Below, in pieces: positions 1 through 64,000 of a stretch of DNA of 64,000 nucleotides. Below the pieces are notes generated by a model. That model saw nothing but the letters and a program-made list of their open reading frames with translations. It searched no databases and was not told where the DNA came from. Made by a program: the position numbers and the translations under genes. The DNA is taken from contig JAQGDQ010000341.1 of NCBI GenBank assembly GCA_030141605.1, positions 191,339-255,338 on the forward strand, written 5' to 3'. The number at the start of each line of letters is the position of its first letter. Position 1 is the first letter of the stretch. The stretch comes from Tubiluchus corallicola (taxonomy: Eukaryota > Animalia > Priapulida).

Positions 1-310
1 ACCAAAGTGGCTGTAACTCCAACTTTTTCGCAGTCCCAATTTAGGCAGAATATAATTCCCCGACTGTGTTTTAATTTTCATCTGTAGACTATCATCTCAT
101 GTTAAATTTTCTTAAGCACTCCATTTGTCATAAATCACATGTATATTCTGTTGAAGTGTTTCGTGATAAATTGTCTATTTTTGTGCATAGAGTAGATACA
201 TTTATGACATCAAATACTCGGGTCAGAATTGCTATACTAGTCACTTAGTCACTAAGTCACTAAACACGACATAACTATATTGTCAGTAAGTAATCTGATT
301 TTTTTCTTAG

Positions 311-54170
<53,860 letters not shown>

Positions 54171-54366
54171 TCGAGCCAAGAAAATTATTAGTTAATGAAT
54201 CAATAATATCATTGAAACAGTTCTCACACCTTCTGTGATGCAAATTTACCAAATAATTTATTTTATTTTAACTTATTGCTTAAATTATTTAATATGTCTG
54301 TGTGTGTGCGTGCGTGTGATTATGGGAATTAATGTATACTGCCACTGTACAAACTGATAATATTAC

Positions 54367-54372
54367 AATAAA
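54367..54372 (+). terminator. Candidate polyadenylation signal AATAAA for the polycystin gene
   Basis: AATAAA ~200 nt after the stop codon; position only. Confidence 0.45.
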
Positions 54373-56218
54373 GAGAGTCTTATTTTGCTCCAGTAGGTGC
54401 ACGTCTGCTGGTTCTGCTAAAATTTTATTGTTTGTTAAAAAGTACACATTTTAACACCAATAATATCGTAAAAGGGTTTCTGATCATTCAATAATAGATT
54501 AAAATCTTAATTAACAACGGGCAAGCCCAACTAATTGATGACATCACATACTAGCATAATTTTCAGCACCAAATATATTCCATGAGCGTGTTGCACGCGT
54601 TTGCGAAAGCAAAAATTGACATACAGTGCTACCGTAGGAAATTCAGGGTGTTGTAATAAAGCTCGGCAAGTTTCAAGATGGAAATTTAAAATTTGCCGCT
54701 ATAGCACACATGAGCTGTCCGACTTGCGTATTTCGTTAGAAACTAACACATCTGAACTGGTACATCACTTGTTTTTGTGTAATACGTTTCCGAAATGCAG
54801 GCGTTTATGCCCATCTACCTAGCAAATGGCAAAATACATGCAACAGCGAAGAACTACTTTCGCGAAGGCGAAATTGTGTTTGTGTGGTAATAATTCTTTC
54901 ATGTAAGTTTTATTTTTGAAAAAGTAGTATGTTTCCTGTGAATATTTTAAAGAGTAGATTGTTTTGACCTACAGTTTAAGATTCAGTCCTGTTTTGCTTT
55001 AATAAAGGCCATGAAATAATTTTACCTCTGCAACTTATTATGTTAGTTAATTACGCCTGAACTACGTATTGCTTTATTTTATTAAGCACATTAGATTGTA
55101 TTTACTGCATTGTATTTTTTTTCAAGAATTGCCAAAAATTCCTAACAAAAATTGGTCAAAACAACACAGACTTAGATCAGAAATTTTACCCACATCACGC
55201 TCGGAATCATCATGAGGTATGTGACCAGGATTCAGATTTCGGCTGCTTTTCCTCAATCCAAAACCCGACCAGGTGCGGACAGATGCAGAGCTTCACTTGA
55301 CAATAAAACAAAGGCTGTACATTATTGCCAATGCAACCCACTCAAGCTGCCTCAACATGCAATATCTTGACCTAGTTTTATGCAATGTTTAGCCAGTGTT
55401 TTTTTGTCAGCTGCTTAATGAAACCCGTCAATGACTTCGCTGTCCCTCCGGAGCCTCCACTCAAGTCAAAGTCCCAAAAGCCAACTCTCGATTTCTGTTA
55501 GCTACCATCACCTTGTCTCCATGACAGCAGCAGCGCCAGGTCTCTCAATCAGATTTCCAAGAGACCTCAATCCCTACTTTTTCATAACTTGAGCCTGCTA
55601 TCTTGCATTACACTACAGTTGCAGAGTAGTAGGCATAATAAATTCTAACATTAAATAAATCTAGCTGACAAAAATCCACCTCAAATATCCAACTTGCCTA
55701 ACCTGTTTTTTAAACTAAGGGCTATTAAGCTTTTATCTCCTTTATTAAGAATTAATTTTTAACAATAATCTCTATGAAAAAATTTAACTCAGGTCCGCAC
55801 CTATTACTCTGTTAAATTGTTACAATTAAGCCACGTTAAATTGTGCTGCCCTCTGCTAATTTGCACTGAATCAAAATTCATTTTCTCAGTTAAGCAAAAG
55901 TACATTTATCATCTCATATTAACATTTATATCAAATATTGTGTTTTCGAAAAATTATGATCTCTATTCATATTGTTTAGCTTTTCATTCTTATATTGTTT
56001 AATATGTTAATGCTAAGTAGCTAAAATATGCATCTGTGGGCTCATACTAAACAAAATATATATCAGGAATTTTTTGCATTCTATCCTCATTAATATTGTA
56101 ACAAAGAGTGGATGGTGCTGATACGCCGATTGTCGCACAGTTGAGAAGAAAACGTAAAACAACAGTAGTAAGAGTAAAATTACTGAATTAAGTAACACGC
56201 CAGATGTCTGCCCCAATG

Positions 56219-56364
56219 GAATTCACTCGCAATCGCTCTAAGAGTGAAACGATTATCGATTCATTGATTGATCCACGTTGGATTGATGAACGCACACGAG
56301 CCGTGCTAATGATTTTGGAATTTAGTAATACTGGTGGAATTTTTCCATTTTATCAAATTTTCAC
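56219..56364 (+). pseudogene. Diverged partial copy of the polycystin terminal exon
   Basis: EFTRNRSKSETIIDSLIDPRWIDERTRAV/LMILEFSNTGGIFPFYQIFT aligns to 52971-53167 with a 51-nt in-frame deletion. Confidence 0.88.
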
Positions 56365-56627
56365 GTACATACCTGCGTGTCATTCTGCGAAAAGGCGTAT
56401 AGTATATGTATGAATGTACATTGTACGTATGAATGTGCACAAGCTGTACATACATAACTGCATGTAATTGTGTGAAACTGTGCACAGTGTAAAAATAAAA
56501 GTTTTTAATGAGATTTTTCTGGAACCTACTTCAGGTACCCCTTTTCTTATCCTTGAGTATCGTTTCTTATCCTCATATCACGATTACGTATTTGTTTGTT
56601 TTTGTTAAAAATTTGTACGAAGGGAAT

Positions 56628-59543
56628 TAAAGTAAACTAGATGGTAGAGACAATTATGTTGCACGTTTATTTCCGTCCATCTTGACTGGTTGAACACAGT
56701 AACAATACGCAACTTAATATAGTCAACTACATCCTCCTTCCCCAATGAAGAGAAGCTGTTTAGTTATTAGTTATACAAACTGTGTATGTGCTTTTCAAAA
56801 TAAACTAATAATTTAACCAACTGTGACATTGTTTCCTGTTTCCTATATGACTGCCAGATATTACAAATTGTAACATTTTATATTCAATTGATCAAATGAC
56901 TTTTCTATCATTTAGAGTCACTTAAAAACAAAAAACTTATGATCTGGTTAACTACTTTAACTTTTAACCTATACTTCAAATCTCTAGCTTAAGATAGGCT
57001 TACTGGTGCACAAATGTTGTTCAAACATCAATTTATAACTATATCAACTATATGATTAATAATGAAACTTTCAAGCTGAAACTTGGTAACTGATTACCAC
57101 AATGAATATATGGTTCTTCAACACAATTTCGAATTAGTTAATGTTTAAAAGTTAACGGTTAAATGTTCTATGCATTAACTCAGTTACTCTATACATCTTC
57201 TTGGTTTGTGAATTGTGCGTCCATATCTTGTCTTGTAACCATTTGTAGCTTCACCTTCATTTTGTTTATCATTCACATTGTAATGCACCTTTCTTATTAT
57301 ACCTTTATAAGTCTCATCATGACCTTGCATAGAGGTTTGTTGTTTCTCAGGTCTCTGTTCCCCTTTTCTGATCTGCTGAATAGGTGGTTCTGCAAAGGTT
57401 ACTCTTTTGTCTCCAGAGACTTTCCTCACGTTCATCTGATGTCTGTTTCTTCTTAATTTTGTCCCATCATCTTTCCTTACTATATAGGATCTTGGCTCTA
57501 CACATTTTTGTATCACCTCAGCAGGATACCATCTGTCGTTCTCACTGTTTTGTATCATTATACATTGTCCTGTGGTTAATGGTGTGAGGTCCTTTGCGTG
57601 TTTATCGTGTTGCAACTTTTGTGTTTCCTGCCTTCTCAGCAGCTGTTCCATAATATCATCTCTGTTTTGTAACCTGTTGTATACTTTTACTGGCAATGTT
57701 CCACGTATTTTTCGTCCTAGTAGCATCTCTGCTGGACTTGGTAATCTCGAGTCGATAGGCGTCATTCTCAACACCATGATGGATAAATCCACATTTTCTC
57801 CCGATTCAACAGATTTCCATATTACATTCTTAACAGTTCGTATCTGCCGTTCGATGTATCCGTTACTTCTTGGGTAATGTGGGCTGCTGGTTGTGTGTTC
57901 AATTCCCAGACTGTTTGTGAAATTTTTGTATGCTGTTCTGCTAAAATGTGGACCATTATCACTGACAATCTTCCTTGGCATTCCGAGCTCAGTGAATATT
58001 TGCTTCGTTGCATTAACTACAGTCGAACTCGGGCATGGCAATCATAGCTTCCTAATTACTGGGTACTTGCTATAGTAATCAGCTATGATAAGATACTGGT
58101 CTGGACCACATCTAAACATGTCAGTTCCAACAACCTCCCATGGCGCAGCTGGTTCTACATGTTGAAGGAGGGTTTCATGTTGCTGGGTGTCCTGATATTA
58201 ACTGCATATAGCAGACTGCTTACACATCTTCTCAATGTCTTTGTTAATGCTTGGCCAGAATATCACACTCTTTGCCCTGAGTTTTGATTTCACCACACCT
58301 AAGTGGCCCGTGTGTAGCTGTTTCAATATATCTGTACGTAAATTGTTTGGAATTACTACCCGATCTCCTTTCATGATTATCCCATCTTCCATGGATAACT
58401 CATCTCTGAAGTTTCATTAATTTTTGATGCCATCACGCACTTGGTTTATTCTTTCTGGCCAACCATTGATAATAGTGTCTATCAAACAACACATTTCAGG
58501 GTCATTTTTTGTCTGCTCACGGATTTCATTGATTTTGTGTGCTTGAAAACTCATAAACTTTACTCTTACTACATCTAGCTTCACTTCACCCCTGTTCTTG
58601 GGATTTGGCAATCGGCTCAAGCTATCTGCTATTCCGATCTCCCTGCCAGGTCGATAGATATTATTTGTTCTATGATGCGTTCGGAACGTTCCTGTTCCGT
58701 AAAGTCGCACATTAGTGCTTTTTCACGGCACCTTGTTACGAAATCATCTAGGCTTTCATGTTTAGTTTGGTAAAAGTAATGAAGTTGCAATCGTGCTACA
58801 CGAAAATTTTCCACTGCTACTTTTAATTGTTCTTCAAAAGACTTCCAAATGTGTGTTGGATCTCTCTTCTGTTCATCGGATAGCGTCCATGAATTGTACC
58901 TGCATAATCCTTCATCATCCACACCTCTAAGCAGATATAGTACCTGGTTCTCCCCTTCAATGTTTTTAATTTGGAAGAAAATGTCCATCTTTTGTCGAAA
59001 GAGTTTGAATGCCTCTGCCACGTTTGTAGTATTCCAGTTCATAATTGGAACCATGTCCTTTACATGTGTTTAACGTCTGTGAGATTTATCAGTTCACGTG
59101 TATAAATAAAAAATTCGTTGCTGTACACGTCGCGATTTTATCTTATGTATGCTGTGTTCTCGTTTCCAATATCCCCCCACGGGTATCGATAATACGTTGA
59201 AAAATAGTCCGAAACTTCAAAGACCGTTTTACTAATCATGTATCAATCCGCACATCAACCACACGACCGCCGTCACGCTGTATGTAGCACGACGAATCTG
59301 GTTCGATAACAAATAGATTTTCACGCTAAATTTTAATATTTGCACCCACATATTTCGATCACACATCACGCACCGGTAAACTCCAATTTATGGTAATGCG
59401 TTTCTCGTTGTTGGTTCTATCTCTGCACTAATCTGACACCATAAAGTAAACTAGATGGTAGAGAATTATGTTACACGTTTATTTTCGTCCAATTTGACTG
59501 GTTGAACACAGTAACAATGCGCAACTTAATATAGTCCACTACA
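56628..59543 (-). mobile_element. Non-autonomous Ty3/Gypsy LTR retrotransposon, probably Mag lineage
   Basis: LTRs 56628-56731 and 59442-59543; 5-bp TSD GGAAT; PBS TGGTGTCAGA (59441-59432); PPT GGGGAAGGAGGA (56743-56732); gag 59054-58660; RNase H end IYRPG..IADSLSR; integrase LHTGHLG..FWP, SDNGPHF, SSPHYPRSNGYIER. Confidence 0.92.
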
Positions 59544-59987
59544 GGAATTACTATTGCTCTTAATTTAACATTTATTAATATTTAGATTTTTCCAACAATC
59601 AAGAATCGAAAAGCACAATGTTTCAAGCCACCGCTGCTATAAATGGTTAATCACCATGTAACAAAAAGAAAAAGATAAAAAACACACAAAGAGTAAAATA
59701 TTTTTGTTGGTACATTTTACTTTCGTCATTACAATTTTGTTGCCACTTAGAACTTTAATAATGAAAGAAAAACCATTGTTGTTGCGATGATAACAAAATA
59801 AAATTTCTTACTACAATTGAGGACGTTCTATTGTTGTTGCGATGGCAACGAAATAGAATTTCTTGCTAGAATTGTGGACGGTCGATCGCTTGTAGATATT
59901 GTTATCAGATGTCAAAATTTCGGAAAAAATCAGAACAAGTTTAAGCAGTCTTATTTTTTACCCGTGTTCCTTAACGACAATGAAAAT

Positions 59988-62440
59988 ATGGAGCTTTTGC
60001 TGATGTTATTTTTACTGATTTGCTGTTTTTTCCAACCCGCTGCATTGCAGGAATGCGATCAAGAGTCAGCCGAAAAGATTTTACCATGCGTTTTCCCTAA
60101 ACCTCCATTTACACATGTTTTTGTTAATTTGAAGACTCGTTGCGATTTTATCTGTTGCACATGGCGCACAAAACAGGAGGCAGCTGAGTGGTCTGCAAGG
60201 GTCAAAATCAAAGTGTATTCTATGATTATAACGGAATATGCTGTTGGAGAGTTACCGGGAAATGAGTTTCTAGCTGGGATTAATTTTGATAAATTAATAC
60301 TAGATAAGACACAAGTGAAACATTTGAGAGAAGCATTTGTTTATGACAAATTTAACAGCATAAGCCATGTAAACATAGTCAAAAACGGCCTATTACAGAC
60401 TACACTATAAAGCGTTTAGTAAACTTCCTGCTCTTCGAAGACTTGAAATGCTATATAATGAAAACTTGCTTTCGGTAGATTTTGACCTGTCCATCTCAAA
60501 ATTCTTCTGGTTATTTTCGCTCGCCGACAGTCCAAAAATAGAACGCATTAAGGAACCATTGCTACACAAAGCCAGAAATCCTGGGGATATTCGGTTCATT
60601 CTGACAGGTAAGCATTGATCGTGAATTACAGGAAAAAATTCAATTACATGAACCTAAAATGGCCTTGAAATGTTGTGTCACCTACATAGTGTGAAACTCA
60701 TAGAAATTACGTTTGCAGCATTTGCGGCTGTGAAAAACTTGAAACTCCAACGAAGTGGCGTTTTCGGAGCAACCAATGCGTATGCGTTTCGACTTTCGTA
60801 ATAGCTGCGAAAAAACAATAGTAATAGATGCAGGAAGACAACGCGTACGTGGGCTGAATAAACGGGTACATTGAAATCAATATAAAACAATTTTATCCGC
60901 ACTCCCTCCCCTCCCAAACGCATACATATCCGGATGCTATGTAATTTTTTATTTTATATCTCCCGCAACACTGTTCCGACGGCGCCATTACATGACGTCA
61001 CCACGTGAACGTAAATCGGGAAGAAAAGGAAATCTTAAATTATTTCCCAAAAAACTTTGCACGTAAAATTATAGTACTTATTTCACTTACCTCCTGCAAA
61101 GACTTGTGTAACTAGAAAAGACAATTATTAGCTATTTAAAATTATTTCACCAATTGGTAAAATGTCGATAACTCAACCTCCAAGTGGCGCAATCACAGCC
61201 AAAAAATAATTTTCAATCTTATTGATAAGATACAGTAATTTAAAATTTTACTTTGTTGGCAACATGTGTGCCACGAATGCTCTGATTATTTTTTCAAACT
61301 TTACTCAGTGTTATCTAAACTTGTTTCAAATGACCTACCATCAAAATGGCTGCGCTTCAATTTACACGTTTTATGCAGCGTTACAGCCGATGCAAGCTCT
61401 GAATGCAAAAGGTAATATGTAAGTGGTATAAAATTTCGAGACAAATTTTTCCAAGTTTTATATAAGTGAGGGGTTTTCTTGTGCTTTAAAGCAAGTTTAT
61501 ATAAAGTTATAAAACTGCATGTGAAGAATTGTAAAAAAGTAATTACAGGCCAAACTGTTTTAACTATACGGAAGTCTACATTATCTAATATTGTTAGTAA
61601 GATTTATGAATGCGCCCAAACGTCAGTAACAAAACTAGGCACATGAGGCCTTTGCTGAAACACGGCAGCATACCTGCACGACTGAGTCACTACTGACAGG
61701 TCACATTTTCTATACAAGTTGAAAGCTATTGCTGACTTAACGTAGCAGTAATATGCATACATTCAAGACTTTTAAAATTTTAAGTCAAGCACATTTCTGA
61801 GACATATGTAAGGCTACAGTAAATTATATAAAAACTGTAGCATACTTTATCATGTGCAATCATTCATGCAACAACGTATCACATGTAACAAGCACATGAT
61901 GATATCTACCTTACCATTACACATCTTTTTATACAATAAAATGTTATTCTGAGTTAGTTCTTTATGACCATTCACCTGATTTTCACTGCCAAATGATATA
62001 TTCTTAGTTCTACGAAATATTCGTCCACGAAATAATTTTTAATTAAGATTTTTTGTTAATATGGTTAATTATTTACACTCTAGATGGTGCTACAACGCGG
62101 GGACTAAGACGATTTTACTTAACTTACGGCAGATGATAACTTACGACAATTATACTACAAGTAGTTAAAAATATCTCTGAAGAAACTGCTGAAAATTCTC
62201 AGAATTTTTTTTGCAGGTAACAGTCTGATCTGCGATTGCTCTTTAGCATGGCTGGTCTTCAGGAATTTTAAAGTTGTCACGATAGACTGTTCAATGCCTA
62301 CAAAGATAATTGGCGCTAAAGTGGAGGACATCTTCGAGAATTGCATAGAGATAACAACAAGTACATCTACGATACCAACTACATCTACGACATCTACAAG
62401 TGAGTATGTAAACTGGGATTTAGACCTCAAGATGTGTTAA
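59988..62440 (+). pseudogene. Secreted/surface leucine-rich-repeat protein gene, disrupted (probable pseudogene)
   Basis: Signal-peptide-like MELLLMLFLLICCFFQPAALQ; Cys-rich N-cap; LRR-like FDKLILDKTQV and, after a frameshift at ~60395, AFSKLPALRRLEMLYNENL; LRR C-cap GNSLICDCSLAWL..DCSMP..C at 62216-62345; Thr/Ser-rich stalk. Confidence 0.65.
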
Positions 62441-63497
62441 ACAGCAAAAAGATTATAGGCATCGATTATGCACTATACAGGTGTATTTCAATACTAAACT
62501 GTGTAATGAAATTCTTAATGAAAAAATTGCAGTAAGATTTATATTCAGTAAAGACTGCTTAATAAGTGCCTTAAGTCACCGTTGGGATAAGTGACTTAAA
62601 GGAAGATCGGACAATTGTTTAGACTTAATCTCCTTGTAATTTACTATCCAATATATACACTTTCTTACCTATAAAAGTTAGCAATTGTCCCTTATATTTG
62701 AATAATTAGCTTAAAAAGTTAGTTAGTCAATAGTTAATTAACGGCAACCGAATATTGCCATTGCTTAAGTCAGAAACTAACCATAGTTTGTGCAATGGCA
62801 GGCATTTTCCCTTGCACATCAAGCACATTTGCATAAGTGCTACAGTACTGTTTAAATGCATGACGTCATGAAAAATGTGCTTTACCTCATATGACGTCAT
62901 GAAACTAACACTGCACTTAATGGTCATGCTTTTCACGGTACCACCTTCTATTTGTCGGTCATGCGCACGTGACAAAAGACGCCACTGCCAATCTTCACTG
63001 AGCCATGCGTAGCTTTGAAAGTTTAACAAAATTTAACTATTCAAGGTAATTATGTTGTTTAATCTAAGCTTTGACTTAAAAAGAGGTATTGTAGTTTTCA
63101 ATATTTTACAGCATTCTTTATTCTGAACTAATGTTTACACAACCGTCCGGTTTTCCGTTAACGTTCAATTCTGCGTTCTGCTAGGCTTAAGTATGTGATA
63201 ACAACTATAAAGTTAAAATATGGTATTATTACATTACACAAACATTCGCAAGTGATATATACATTATACAAGAATTATATGAAATAGAACGATTACATGA
63301 CAATGGCAAAACATGTAAATACAGCTAAACTCTACGTTTATACAGAAAGAAGGCTATGGAAAAAATGCTACGTAAGAGCCATTGGGAACATTAAATTAAT
63401 GACAACGTCAAAGCGTGAGTGAAACAATTCACTACAAAATGCAAATATAATGTGTAAATATCGGTAGTAGAAAGGATGATACATTTCTGGTTGATTT

Positions 63498-64000
63498 AAT
63501 TACCCCCAGCCCCGGGGTGGGGTGGGGATGCGACCGCTGACCCAACCCCTGAGCCGGTAATTCTATTGTTTTTGTTAGTTAAGTGGTCAATTAGGCGATT
63601 GGAGTGACGATTTAGGGATTGAGAGGGACGGTTAGAGCCCCTGCAAATTTTCCAGGGGGTGTTTCGCAAATCAGGCTAGAATGCAGCGATTCTCTGAGCA
63701 CACCTGCTCGTGTGGTTACGGTAGATAACGACTTAATATCTGTGCTAATCCGGTAATTGACTCGCGTGTCTGCTGGTCGGTGGGGGTGGGCAGTCACGCA
63801 CACACAATAGACGACAATGGATGTCTACACAATGCCGGCTAGATAATTGGATAATTGTTTTTGATTGATGTCTTCTGTGCGCCTGTTGGAGAGTGTGTAG
63901 GCATTTAAGAGCATGTGTCTGCTAGTGTGTGTGTGTGTTCAATGTACAGCAGAGTCTCCTATATGGCCCGAGGCTAATGCATGAAGTCAGCAGCCTGCAC
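63498..64000. mobile_element. Possible start of another hairpin-ended (Helentron-like) repeat running off the window
   Basis: aattaccccc..gggg..ggtaatt inverted repeat with an abrupt rise in GC; no coding signal. Confidence 0.3.

Noticed and set aside
62860-62903. Two TGACGTCA (CRE) palindromes
   Set aside because: No linked transcription start evident; such motifs are common inside repeats

Overview
AT-rich eukaryotic (animal, probably invertebrate) genomic DNA, not prokaryotic. About 54 kb (375-54170, + strand) is one 5'-truncated polycystin-1-family (PKD1-like/REJ) gene. I reconstructed it by hand as 41 phase-consistent exons (~2,880 aa): 5 EGF repeats, PKD, REJ, GAIN/GPS, TM1, PLAT, further TMs and the polycystin channel domain. 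The most unusual feature is a ~420 aa insertion inside the GAIN region just upstream of the GPS. It consists of a 41-cysteine segment with mirror-symmetric C-x3-C-x6-C spacing (a predicted disulfide-laddered helical hairpin) followed by a second, extracellular PLAT domain. One exon/intron junction has been amplified into 48 tandem 32-bp copies of its own splice donor. Introns and the 3' flank contain a THAP/P-element with perfect 63-bp TIRs, a PHD-EN-RT LINE split by a head-to-tail Helitron dimer, a deleted Mag-type Ty3/Gypsy element with ~103-bp LTRs, several MITEs, a fragmentary copy of the terminal exon and a disrupted LRR gene. All coordinates were read manually; no database searches were run.
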